The position numbers and the translations under genes are program-made. DNA of 64,000 nt from Eledone cirrhosa (taxonomy: Eukaryota), in NCBI GenBank assembly GCA_964016885.1, contig OZ024744.1:32488001-32552000 (forward strand), read 5' to 3'. The notes under the pieces were generated by a model. It was not told the DNA's origin and made no database searches. It was given only the letters and a program-made list of their open reading frames with translations. Numbering within the stretch: position 1 is the stretch's first letter; each line of letters starts with the position of its first letter. Below are positions 13,701-28,300 of the stretch, piece after piece.

Positions 13701-14251
13701 ATGGGACAAATACAGTTGACTGCCGAGTCCATAGTAAGAATCAAACCGCCAGACTCTTTCAAAAACGAAAGAGAGGCGGTTTTCCTCTGTACGGTGGCTA
13801 TGGTGAAAGAAGTTATATGGTGGACGAGGTTGAGAGGTCTGAGGACAGATGCTTTTCTCTCCGGACAACAATTGATTCCCTTCTTTAAGTATCACTTTAG
13901 AAGGAGAATCAGGGTGGAGAGAGAGGCACTGCACCCCAGTAAATTTACTGAAAGGTGGGTGAATGAAGCGAAAATGGCCCGAGTGATTGGGCCTTCTCTG
14001 TTTATAAGCCTGTAGGTTGAGGAAGAGAGCAAAAGGAAGAAAGGAGCACTTGCACAACACGCTCCTCGCGTTGAGGGTTGTTCTATCGACGGGGTATTAA
14101 ACAACCCATTTGTGGCGCCCCCCCCCCCTATTGGGGATTTCGATTGTTGAAATTGTTTGTTTCTATATTTTTTACACGACTGTATGTAAAATCCCCTGCA
14201 TGTCTTTGTATTGTCCCCTTTCTTGTTGCGCCCTTGTGGCTAATAAACAAA
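10775..14251 (+). mobile_element. Tx1-clade LINE copy A, internally deleted (most of ORF1 and APE lost)
   Basis: 5' UTR homologous to copies B and C; ORF2 resumes near 11158 (SYLDRF, SDHK), KSPGLDG, LDQSKAFDRVDH, RQGCPLS, AYADD, C-terminal zinc knuckle remnant; AATAAA then (TATC)n. Confidence 0.9.
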
Positions 14252-14273
14252 TCTATCTATCTATCTATCTATG

Positions 14274-14324
<51 letters not shown>

Positions 14325-14546
14325 ATAATCTAGCTGTCGTCTGTTCTACAGTGTGGATGTAATTCACTTCGCGCAGAAGTTTTGTTCAAATTTATTGAGT
14401 TCAAATTTAATTTTGATACTATTGTTTAGCTTGACCCCCCGTCTGAACTGTTAGGCGGTGGGTCAGCTCATCTTTACCCCTCCTAGAGGTGAAAAACCCG
14501 TTTTAAAATATTTTGTGGCAAAAAAAATTTCAATCATCTGACAGAA

Positions 14547-16452
14547 ATGTTAAACGAAGCGAACGAAAATAGTGGTGGGGGGACAGCGGTAAGAGTTGTA
14601 AGCTCGCACGCTTTAGTCCCCCCTTCCTTCCCAACTAACGTCATATAGAAGGAAGGAAAAAATAATATAAAAACAGACGAATCTGCGAAGAAAAATGACG
14701 AAAACACAAATCTGGACATGGATTCCAACAACGAAAAAAAAAAATTAGAAAAATTGAATGACAATACTAATACCACAAACAAAGACATGAAACACAAAAA
14801 TAACATTTGAAAATAACACCATAACAGAAAGCAAACAAGACGACAGAGTCAACAAGATTTCATTTGCACAAACAACAAAGAAATCTTTGACATATATACC
14901 TGAAAATATTTCAGATGTGGCACGAAGAATCACAGACGCCAAACAATACATAAGTGAAGGAGAGAATGGTATTTTATCGGTAAAAATGCATCAAGAACTC
15001 ACCAAAGACATTGAAAGTCGAACGGTCGTGTTCCGCACCATCAACAACACTTCAAAAAAACCTGAACAGCCAACTCAGGCAGATATCAAAACAGTACTCA
15101 CAGAAGTACTTAATGAAACCACTTTCATAAGAAAAGTCAGACTGTATGGAAGCATAGCAATTATTATGAAGAACGAATCGGCGGCAAAAAAATGTGCTTT
15201 GTCACCGATTCGTTCAAGAAATTTTACCTTTTATCCATCTTATATTGGGAAAAGAACTTAACGCATATGGCTGGATGCAATGATGCCAGATTTGGACTAC
15301 TGCTGGCTCATAGCTGGCTTCATCGATCCAGTGAATGACAACGTGATTTCCATTGGGAAAACCACAGGCAATGCGTTCAGTGGAACAGGTATAGAGCTGG
15401 TAGTGCAAATGAAGCCTGAACGCTTCGCCCAAATACCCGACAGAATCCTATTAGAGTGCCGCGGGTATATAAACATTAGCGTGGAGGGGAGAAGGCCGTC
15501 CTGTCATATCTGTGCAGGCAGAGGGCACCTGAAGGCCGCTTGTCCCCAACTCAACAAAAAGAAAACCCTGCTACCAACACCAGCTCCACCACCACCACCA
15601 CCACAACAGATAAACAAACAACAAAACTCAGTCCTACCCAACCCGTCCCTCAGTAAAACTACACCACCACCACAACACAAACAGTCACAACACATTACCC
15701 CAAAACAAAATACAGGCCCACCCAACCCCTCACTCAATAAAACAACACAACCACCGCAGACACAACACACAACACAGTCTAACATAGTGACATCCATCTC
15801 CCCCACAAAGAAAACCAACACGGAAACATTACCAGCAAACATACCTCTTCCCTCCAACACTGAAGATAACCCAACGAATTCGGAGGAAGAAACGGAGTCC
15901 TTCAGACAGATTAAAAGGAAAAAAAGAAAACATGTGCAAAACACACAAGGCCAAACAACCTCCACCCAAATCTCAACACAATCCAACAAAACAGAAAACA
16001 CCCCTCCAGCAACAAACAAAACCAAACCTGCCCCTCCCCTCTTCGAAACACTCACACCATCCGAAAAAAAGACATTACACTATACTTACATCAACAGAAA
16101 CAATAATAAATTAAATGAGATCATAAACAATAATCCTTCGGTACAAACTGAAGGTGTAAACTTTGTTTCTTCAGAAAACTACCCACATTTAAAATTAATA
16201 AAGATCCCAATGAACCTCTACCAAAAACTAAAAAAGGATTTTAAGGAGGACGTAGGACCACCCTCTGTCAAACCCATAAACCGCGTCCTACTAAAAAGCT
16301 TTCCCCCTCCCCTTCCCCTCCCTAACACAACTCCAAACACCCCAACCCCACCACACACTGACGACCCCACACCACCAAAAGACACCCCTTCACCCAACAC
16401 CCCCGACCCCATGGAAGTCGTGCGACCCGAACCCCGGGAAGCGGAAAGGTAG
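14547..16452 (+). pseudogene. Tx1 ORF1 (gag-like, CCHC knuckle, Pro/Thr-rich tail), disrupted
   Basis: CHICAGRGHLKAAC; start MLNEANENSGGGTAVR homologous to MNAASNDNGGGEAVR of copy C; internal stops. Confidence 0.8.
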
Positions 16453-16485
16453 GTCTCTACATTCTCCATTGGCTCTGCCACCCAC

Positions 16486-19400
16486 ATGGATGTGTTAAGA
16501 GTAGGATGTTTGAATGCACGTGGCCTGGGCTCAACTTGGAAGCAAGCAAAGCTTCTAAATGACCTCAGGTCATGTGGTATAAATGTAATGGTTATCTGTG
16601 AGACTCGGATCAGCGTCGTGCGGCAGCTGGCCCCAACCTTCGATGACTTTGAGGTGCATGCATCTCTCTGTCAACCTGTAGGTGGGGGTGGGATTGTCGT
16701 ACTGCTGCAAAAGCACCTGGGTCTTGCCGTACAGGTTGTGCACTCGGACCCGGAGGGTCGTTTGTTGGTGCTAGACGTTGGCAGTAGTGAAGGTGCGGCC
16801 TTAAGACTGGTCGCCGTCTACTCCCCTTTCGGAGCTGAACGGCCCGACTTCTTCCAGCGTTTAGAGACTTTTCTGGGAACGTCGCGTTCCCTGCTTCTAG
16901 CGGGGAATTGGAATGACATCCTAGATGCACGTTGGGACTATGCAGGAGCATGTCCTAATAGAGGGGGGGGGTGTAACAGCCTCAAGGGGTTACTCGACCT
17001 TTTTAACTTGGTCGTTAGATATCGACTAGATTTTCCAACTGTGCCTACCTGGACTTGGAGAAACCACAGTGGTCATTCTAGATCGTACTTAGATAGATTC
17101 TTAGTTAGAAGTAAGGATAGGGACATATTAAGCTGTCCAGAAATGCGCACGGTTGGCTACACGGATCACAAATTAGTGACCTGCGTAGTCAATCTCGAGA
17201 AAACACATAAACAGGGTCCCGGTTACTGGAAACTTAATTTGTCTTTACCGGCAAAAGAGACTTACAGAAACCGGATTAGCAGATTAGTTAAGGAGAGGTT
17301 GACGGGTGCAATCGTCAACAACCGATGGTGGGCATCTCTCAAAAGAGAGATTAAAACAGAATCAATAAGTTATAGCAAGATGTTAGCTGCCGATAGGAAT
17401 AGAAACGAGATAGAATTAACAGGTAAATTAGAAGAGGCAATCAAGAGCGAAGATATGGCCAGAGTGCTGGCATCGAGGACGGCCTTGAACCAGTTTTTCG
17501 ATGCAAAGGACGAAGGCTGCGTCCTTCGAAGTAAAATACGTGCTCTAGGTAATGAGGGGGCCAAAGCCGTTGGCTGGGCCCGCGTGACAGAAGCTAAGAG
17601 TGGAAATCGATCCACCATCCGGTCGTTGCAAGACGAAGATGGACGGGTGATCCGGGAGCCTAAGCAGATGTGCGAGGCCTTTCAAAGGCACTTTGCCCGA
17701 TTGTTCGGGGAGGCGAGGGTCCGGGCGGGGACGTGGATTTCGGTCCATAAGTCGACGGCCTGCCGCGTCTCTCCAGCGAAGAGGCAGAGTCCTGCGAGGT
17801 ACCAATCTCGGCTGATGAGATCGGAGATGCGCTGAGCCAATGCAGCAGACGCAAATCTCCAGGTCTCGATGGTATACCTTACGAACTTTATTTAGCAATG
17901 CCGGTCTTCTTCTCCGAACTCCTCGAAGCGGTCTACTGCATTTGGCAGCATAACGGGAGAATTCCTTGTTCTGTAGCCAAGGGCGTAGTCACGCTGGTGA
18001 GGAAGGACGAGAACAAGGGAGATAGTATAAATAATTTTCGGCCCATAACCCTGCTAAAGACAGAGTTAAAGATTTTGGCCAAGGTGTTAGCAAAGAGGTT
18101 GGCGCTTGTCGTGGGTGGCCTGGTGGGAGATGCGCAGACATGTACTATCCCATCCAGGTCCATTCACGATAACCTCCACCTCATGCGATACATCATAGAG
18201 AGGGTTGGCAACAAACCCGGCTTCGGTGGGGCCCTGATCAACTTGGATCAGTCTAAGGCCTTCGATAGGGTCGACCATGGTTACCTGGATGCGGTGCTAG
18301 CGGCGGCTGGGTTCGGTCCTGTTTTCAGAGGCTGGATCACTGACTTACATAGCAACCACATCTGTTCTAGGATCAAGGTGAACGGCTACCTTTCGAAGCC
18401 GTTCGAAATCACACGATCCATTCGACAGGGGTGCCCTCTCTCCTCCCTTCTGTACGTATTGACTCTCGAGCCTTTACTGAGGAAGTTGGAGTTGTTGCAG
18501 GGTATCCCCCTGGAACCAGGATTGAGCAAAGCGGTGTCGGCCTACGTCGATGACGTAACAGTAATGGTATCGACCGACTCGGAGATCGAGGCGATCGGTA
18601 CCTTACTGGAGGATTACGAAAGGTTGTCAGGAGCGAAACTGAACCGGGAAAAATCCATCGGGCTGCAACTCGGAACGTGGAGAGGCAGACCGATGCCTCC
18701 CGACGGTGTCGTCGAACACTGGACGGAGGGCCCGGTAAAGTTGCTTGGGGTCTGGTTTGTACCGGACCTCCAGGTGGAAAAGAACTGGAACGAGGTTACA
18801 AACAAGGTGTTTGCACTAACCCAGAAATGGGCCAAGTGTAAGCTGTCCCTAAAAGGGCGGGCGGAGGTGGCGAACATTTACATAGCGTCCGTCAATTACT
18901 ACCGCCTGACTGTCGTGCCTTGCCCTAAGGAAACACTCACCACCATGGAACGTATGCTCTTCCAATTTCTTTGGAAGAAGCGCCCTCCTATGGTGAGAAG
19001 ATCCATCTGCTTCCAACAACCTTCGAAAGGAGGGCTGGGGATGCCGTGGTTGATGATGCGTAGGCACGCATTAAGGCTACGGTACCTACAGGTATTCCTC
19101 ACTGGTCAACCGGTGTGGGCTCCGTTCGTGAAACGAGCCTTTCCGAGACTCGTCTCGCTCACCGAGCTACAGTCCTGGGTCAAGCAAAGATCCGGAAAAC
19201 TGGGAGACTGGCACACTGAGTGTGCTCAGGCGCTCAGGGCTCTCTGGCAAGCGGGCCAGGCCGTCGGTGGAGAATCCACCTCATCATTCTATAGAGGGCT
19301 GGTGGCTAGCAGGGGCGATGACACCATTGGAGCGTCGCTGGACATGGAAGAGGACGAACTGGCCAGCCTGTTCGGTAGGACTTTCGGCCCGGGACCAATG

Positions 19401-19927
19401 GACAACTTCCAGAAGTCACTAGCCTGGCAGTGCTACCGGGGGGCTCTACCCGTTCGAGAGAGTCTCTACAGACACGGGCGCCCGGGCAGGGATCCCTCAA
19501 AAAAGATTTGCCCTAGATGCGTGCGTCACGAAGAAACCGTTGCGCACGCATTTGTGCAATGTCCGGGCGTGGCTGATCTGTGGGGCTACGCCGAACGACT
19601 GCTGTCGCGGGTGGCGCCGATTCAATTGACCGCCGAGTCCGTGATGACAATCAAACCGCCTCCCCTCTTCACAAATGAAGCAAAGGCGGTTTTTCTGTGC
19701 GTAATAGCCATGTTGAAAGAGGTTGTTTGGTGGACACGATTGAAAGGTCTGAGGTCAGGCAACTTCCTCTCTGGCCATAGTCTGGTCTACTTCTTCCGAT
19801 ATCACTTCGGAAGAAGGATAAGAATGGAGAGAGAGAGGTGCTTGGCCACAGGCAGTTTTATGAAAGGTGGGTGATAGTGGCGAGAATGGCTCGTGTAAAT
19901 GGGCCTTCTCTGTATACCATCCTGTAG
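16486..19927 (+). pseudogene. Tx1 ORF2 (APE endonuclease, RT, zinc knuckle), frameshifted near 17730 and 19845
   Basis: CLNARGL, ICETR, AVYSP, SYLDRF, TDHK; LDQSKAFD, QGCPLS, YVDD; CPRC..ETVAHAFVQC. Confidence 0.92.
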
Positions 19928-20142
19928 GTAAAGAAGTAAAGGAGAGGGGAGCACATTCTCCATGTGCTCCCCGGGCAAAGGATTGCACACTTTTTCGGGG
20001 GTGTGTGCAACCCCCATCACGTCCCCTCCCTTTTGTGGTAATTTTCGATTATTTTTCATTTTATACCCTTTTTACTCGATTGTATGTAAACTCCCCCTTT
20101 GTATTTGTCCCTTCTTTTTATGCCTTTATGGTAAATAAAGAA

Positions 20143-20194
<52 letters not shown>

Positions 20195-20227
20195 GTCTAT
20201 CTATCTATCTATCAATCTATCTATCTA

Positions 20228-20259
<32 letters not shown>

Positions 20260-20263
<4 letters not shown>

Positions 20264-20452
20264 TGAGATTCTACAGGACTAGAACTGTTTCATTCTTTAG
20301 AAATCATCAGGAATCTCAGAGATTCCTGATCATTTCTAAAGAATGAATCAGTTCTAGTCCTGTAGAATCTTATCTATATTAAAACTTTTATACTCTGCAA
20401 TATATTGAGTACCTTACTTACTGTGGTTGCCTCCGATTCAACCCGGAATAAC
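20260..20452. mobile_element. Fold-back solo PLE pseudo-LTR in (TA)n
   Basis: Palindrome 20260-20376 centred at 20318 plus ~75 bp extension; same family at 24951 and 56412. Confidence 0.8.
20265..20317 (-). ncRNA. Type I hammerhead ribozyme (intact); plus-strand mirror 20319-20370 has core mutations
   Basis: GAGAUUC-CUGAUGA-U-UUC-UAAA-GAA-U-GAAA-CAG(UUCUAGUC)CUG-UA-GAAUCUC. Confidence 0.88.
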
Positions 20453-22347
<1,895 letters not shown>

Positions 22348-22350
22348 ATT

Positions 22351-22382
<32 letters not shown>

Positions 22383-22449
22383 CATATATATACATACATA
22401 TGTATATATGTAATATAAGATCAAAAGATGGTTAAAGGAGTTCCATGTA

Positions 22450-22516
22450 TTTTATTATGCGCATTTCAAAAACAAACATCATCATGCAATAATATTTGTG
22501 TTTTCATCAGATAAAA
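22450..22516 (-). ncRNA. Type I hammerhead ribozyme (mirror of 24735-24801)
   Basis: Reverse complement of the 24735 motif. Confidence 0.85.
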
Positions 22517-23280
22517 CAGGAGAACATGATATGAAGGCTAAAAAACACTTGTGGATAGTGCAGTTTTAAATCAACATATGAAAAGTGGTTTTAGATTGAT
22601 GTGTGATATTGGGAAAAATATTTTATTTAGAGAGGGGGTGGGGGTGGAAAGGATGAAAAAGGGGAGGAGATGAGAGGGAGAGATGGGTGATAGAGAGAAA
22701 GAGATAGTTTTTATAACTGAGAGAAGATATATTGTTTTACATAGAGAGGTTGAAAACCGTTGGAAGATAATATATAAATTAAAAGAATTTGAAAATTAAC
22801 GAAGGGAAGATATGTACGAGGAAAAAATATTTTATTTAGAGAGGGGGTGGGGTGGAAAGGATGAAAAAAAGGGGGAGGAGATGAGAGTGAAGGTGGAGAG
22901 GGAGAGATGGGTGATAGAGAGAAAGAGATAGTTTTTATAACTGAGAAAAGATATATTGTTTTTACATAGAATTTTCTTATTCTACATCCTCCAATATTTC
23001 CAACATCATCTCTAAACACAACAATAAAATACTAAATACTAAATCTCTTCCTTCCAACATTGAATTTCATAATAACAGTAATAGTACTCCCGACGTCATT
23101 GTAAACCCTAGGCTAACTTCTGTAAACCCAAATACAACGTCAAACACAACTTCGCTAAATGTTCATAATCCAACTCTAAATCAAGAAACTATTATTCCTA
23201 TTATTCCTATCGCAAACAACTTCTCCAATCCAATTCCTTCTATAGATAACACTAGGTCACTCATTAATAATCTCTCTAAT

Positions 23281-23709
23281 TGCAACTGCCGCATTAAAAA
23301 TAAATGTCCTCTCAACAACCATTGTCTCGATAAAAACTTAATTTATGAATGTAAAGTTATAACTAGCACCAATTCCTTCACCTATTTTGGCTCCACTTCC
23401 ACCTCTTTTAAAGCTCGTCTCTATAATCACCATTCATCTTCCAAATACAAACTTAAAAGAACCAACACGGCTCTCTCAGAACTCATATGGTCCTTGAAAG
23501 ACAAAAACATTAAATATACCATCTTTTGGAAGAAGGTTTTATCTGCATCCTCATACTTGAACAGCTCTCTATCTAAAATCTGTAATCTCTGCCTAAATGA
23601 AAAATTTACCATTATCTCTAATCTAGATTCTATAATAAATAGACGTACAGATTTGTTTTTTATCTGCCTGCATAAATTCCATAGGACTTTTCACAAAGTA
23701 TACAGTTAA
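23281..23709 (+). pseudogene. PLE GIY-YIG endonuclease fragment
   Basis: CNCRIKNKCPL..LIYECKV..YFGSTSTSFKARLYNH..TALSELIWSLK..CNLCLNEK. Confidence 0.85.
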
Positions 23710-24734
23710 TATTCAATTCTTTATCAATTTAGAATCTTTTCTCAAAGGCACATATACATACACCTCTTTAAAATATACCCATCTTCAAAGGGCATTATAC
23801 ACTCTATAATACTTGTTTACTCATTACCCTCTTTCTATCTTCACCTTGTAAAATCCTTCATAACATATACATTTGTTTTTTTGACGTTAGAATATTCATC
23901 CGCAATTATTATTATTTTTTCTCTCTATCATAAAACTTTTTAATCTCAATTTCATCCTTAATTTATTATTTTTTTCTCCCCATCAACGAACTCATTCTTA
24001 ATACATATTAACTCTTTATTCGCACATATTATCAATTCCTTCAATATACAAACTTTAACTTCACATTATTTTTCTCAAATCCTTCTACACACAAACCTTA
24101 ATAATTTTTTTCTCTTCGTTAATTTTGAAATTGCCACAATACTTATCAACATACACTTTTTTTTGACGTTAGAATATTCATCCACAATTATTATTTTTTC
24201 TCTCTATCTTCATACATAAATTCCCTTCGTTAATTTTCAAATTCTTTTAATTTATACATTATCTTCCAACGGTTCTCAACCTCTCTATGTAAAACAATAT
24301 ATCTTTTCTCAGTTATAAAAACTATCTCTTTCTCTCTATCACCCATCTCTCCCTCTCCACCTTCACTCTCATCTCCTCCCCCTTTTTTTCATCCTTTCCA
24401 CCCCACCCCCTCCCTAAATAAAATATTTTTTCCTCGTACATATCTTCCCTTCGTTAATTTTCAAATTCTTTTAATTTATATATTATCTTCCAACGGTTTT
24501 CAACCTCTCTATGTAAAACAATATATCTTCTCTCAGTTATAAAAACTATCTCTTTCTCTCTATCACCCATCTCTCCCTCTCATCTCCTCCCCTTTTTCAT
24601 CCTTTCCACCACCCCCCTCTCTAAATAAAATATTTTTCCCAATATCACACATCAATCTAAAACCACTTTTCATATGTTGATTTAAAACTGCACTATCCAC
24701 AAGTGTTTTTTAGCCTTCATATCATGTTCTCCTG

Positions 24735-24801
24735 TTTTATCTGATGAAAACACAAATATTATTGCATGATGATGTTTGTTTTTGAAATGCGCATAATAAA
24801 A
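24735..24801 (+). ncRNA. Type I hammerhead ribozyme
   Basis: UUUUAU-CUGAUGA-long AU-rich stem II-GAAA-UGCGCA-UA-AUAAAA. Confidence 0.85.
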
Positions 24802-24954
24802 TACATGGAACTCCTTTAACCATCTTTTGATCTTATATTATGTATACTCCAGTCCTACAAACTGTAGAGTGCTTCTTATCCGATATCTGCATTGCTTTAT
24901 TGTACTACAATAAAACTCACCTCCTACATATGTATATATGTATATATATAGATG

Positions 24955-25005
24955 AGATTCTACAGGACTAGAACTGTTTCATTCTTTAGAAATCATCAGG
25001 GATCT
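24955..25005 (-). ncRNA. Type I hammerhead ribozyme (20265 family) in pLTR fragment 24951-25315
   Basis: Same core and stems; one stem I mismatch. Confidence 0.82.
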
Positions 25006-25315
25006 GGCTGTCAAAAATAAATGTTGTGGTATTTATATCTTTTCATGTGGTAGGATAGGGTGGGGAGTGGGATGGGTGGAGGTCATTGGTTGAAAGAAAG
25101 GGGAATTCATTAAAAGATAATTCTTTAAGGCTACAATTTATAGCTTAAGAGAAACATGACAATTATGATAGGCACCCAATATTTTGAACTGGTTCATAGA
25201 ATTCTCTTGGCCTTTGTCACTCTAAGTAGAGCTTTAAAGAATTAGCTTTTAAAGGATTTCCCTTTTCTTGAAATCCATCAACCATGACCGATCCCCAACC
25301 ATCTTATAGACACCT

Positions 25316-28300
25316 TGTCCTGTGAGGAATACGTAGAGATGCCGCAGCCTGAGCGCGTGTTTGCGCATCGTCAACCACGGCATCCCCAGCCCTCCGTTAG
25401 AAGGGTGTTGGCAGCAGATGGATCTTCTCACCAAAGGAGCCCGCCTCTTCCAAAGGAATCGGAAGAGCGCGCGCTCCATTTTGGCGAGCGTTTTGGATGG
25501 ACAAGGCACGACGGTCAAGCGGTAGTACATGGCGGACGCTATAAAAGTGTTCGCCACCTCCGCTCGACCTTTCAAGGATAGTTTGCACTCGGCCCACTTC
25601 TGGGTGAGTGCAAGCACCTTGGCTCTCACTTCGTTCCAGTTCTTCTCCACCTGGAGGTCCAGACCAAACCAGACCCCGAGCAGCTTTACCGGTCCTTCCG
25701 TCCAGCGTCCGACGACGCCATCGGAAGGCATCGGTCTGCCTCTCCACGATCCGAGTTGCAAACCGATGGACTTGTCCTGGTTCAGCTTCGCTCCTGTGAC
25801 ACTTTCGTATTCCTTCAGTAAGGTGCCGACTTCCTCGATTTGCGAGGCGCTCGACACCATTACTGTCACGTCGTCGGCGTAGGCCGACGCCGCTTTCCGA
25901 AGTCCCGGTTCCAGAGGGATGTCCTGCAATAGCTCCAGCTTCCGCAGTAGTGGCTCGAGAATCAGTACGTACAGAAGGGAGGAGAGAGGGCATCCCTGTC
26001 GAATGGATCGCGTAATATGGAACGGCTCCGAGAGGTAGCCGTTCACCTTGACCCTTGAGCAGATGTTGCTGTTGTGCATTGCAGTTATCCAGCCCCTGAA
26101 CACGGGTCCGAAGCCTGCCGCCTCGAGCACCGCATCCAGGTAACGATGGTCAACCCTATCGAAAGCCTTAGACTGATCCAAGTTGATCAGGGCCCCACCG
26201 AAGCCGGGTTTACACCCTACCCTCTCTATGATGTATCGCATGAGGTGGAAGTTGTCGTGTATGGACCTGGTCGGGATTGCGCATGTCTGCGCTTCTCCCA
26301 CCAGGTTCTCGACGACAAGCGCCAGCCTCTTTGCCAACACCTTGGCCAAAATCTGTAACTCTGTGTTTAGCAGAGTTATGGGCCGGAAGTTGCCTATGTC
26401 ATCCCCCTTATTCTCGTCCTTCCTGATTAGTGTGACCACGCCCCCGGTTACAGAACTGGGAATTCTCCCGTTCTGTTGCCAGTTGCAGTAGACCGCTTCC
26501 AGGAGACCGGAGAATAAGTCCGGCATTGCTACGTAAAATTCGTAGGGTAGACCGTCGAGACCTGGAGATTTGCGTTTGCCGCATTGGCTCGGCGCGTCCC
26601 CTATCACAGTGGCTGAAATCGGCTTTTCGCAGAACTTTGCCTCGCTGTCCGAGAGTCGCGGTAGGCCGTCGAGGTATGGACCGAAATCCATAGCCTCTCC
26701 CGGCGCACCGCTCCCCCCGAACAACCGAGCAAAGTGCCGCTGAAAAGCCGCACATATCTGCTTCGGCTCACGTATCACGCGTCCGTTTTGGTCCTTCAAA
26801 GACCGAATCGTGGACTTGTTGCCTCTTTTTGCCTCCGTCACTCGGGCCCAGCTAACAGCTTTGGCTCCCTCGTTTCCCAGAGCACGTATTTTGCTTCTGA
26901 CAACGCAGCCCTCGTGCTTTGCGTCAAAGAACTGGTCCAAGGCCGTTCTCGTTGCTAGCACGCTGGCTACGTTGCCACTTCTAATTGCCTCTTCTACTTT
27001 ATCTACCAGTTCCTTCTCGGTTCTATTTCTATCTAACGCTAATTCTTTACTAAAAACTATCGAGTCTAATCTAACTGCCCTCTTGAGAGAGTACCACCAT
27101 CTGTTGTTGACAATGGCCCCTGTCAAGTGCTGTTTAACTAAAGTGCTAATTAGTCTACTGTAGGCTTTGCTTGTCGGCAACGACAAGTTCAGCTTCCAGT
27201 AGCCGGGTCCTTGTCTATGGGTTCTATCAAGTTTGGCCATGCAGGTCACTAGTTTGTGATCTGAATAGGCAACCATGAACATTTGTGGACAGCTTAACAT
27301 GTTCCTATCCTTATTTCTAACTAAAACCCTATCTAAGTACGATCTAGATGTTCCGCTGCGATTACTCCACGTCCACAGTGGCGCAGTCGGAAAATCTAGT
27401 CGATATCTATCGGCCAGGTCAAATCGGTCGATTAACTGTTTGAGGCTGTTACACCCCCCTTTATCGGGACATGCTCCCACATAGTCCCAACGGACATCTA
27501 GTATTCCATTCCAGTCCCCCACTAAAAGCAAGGAGCGGGACGTTCCCAGAAAAGTCTCTAGACGTTTGAAGAAGTCTGGCCGCGGTGTCCCGGTGGGGCA
27601 TATGCGGCCACCAGCCTGAAGGCTCCACCTTCACTACCGTCAACGCCTAGGACCACCAGTCGACCCTCCGGGTCCAGATGTACCGTCTGTGTTACGAGGC
27701 CCAGGTGTTTCCGCAGCAAAACGGCAACTCCGCCCCCACCCCCCGGTTGACAGAGAGATGCGTAGATCTCAAAGTCATCGAAGATGGGGGCCAGCTGTCG
27801 CTCGCTGTGGATCCTGGACTCGCAAATGGCTACCTCATCCATACTGTGCGACCTGAGGTCGTTTAACAGTTTGCCCTGTTTCCAGGGCATCCCCAGGCCG
27901 CGTACGTTCACACATCCAACTCTTATATTGGCCATGTTGGTGCTGAAAAGTTAAAAGAAGAAAAGAGATCACTCACCCTTCGCCTCCTAGGGACCAGGCC
28001 GCACGATTTCCATGGGGCTGTTGGAGGGGTTGTCTGTATGGGTGGTAGTTTCCGGCGGGGTGGGGATGCAGATGTTTGGTGGGGTGGGGTCTGGTGGGAT
28101 GGGGGTGTCTGGGGTGGGGAGGCATTTGAGAAGGACGCGGTTGAGTGGTTTCACGCAGGAATTACCCACATCCTTCTCAAATGTTTCTTTTAGGGACCTA
28201 TAAGTTTGTATAGTGACCCTAATCAGTTTTAGGTTCAGTTTTTTGTTATTTTTAATAGAGTGGGCGAAAGTTTTCCCTTCGGTGAAAACCGAAGGGTCGT

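Larger units (their letters stand above)
14324..20143 (+). mobile_element. Tx1-clade LINE copy B, full length
   Basis: 5' UTR, ORF1, ORF2, 3' UTR with AATAAA; (TATC)n on both sides. Confidence 0.93.
22413..24925 (+). mobile_element. 5'-truncated Hydra-type PLE with inverted pLTR
   Basis: Inverted arms ~22413-22960 / ~24290-24840; internal ~210 bp tandem duplication; GIY-YIG fragment; HHR in each arm. Confidence 0.85.

Noticed and set aside
25249-25316. Novel C-terminus GVYKMVGD on Tx1 ORF2
   Set aside because: Chance read-through across a deletion junction into a pLTR fragment
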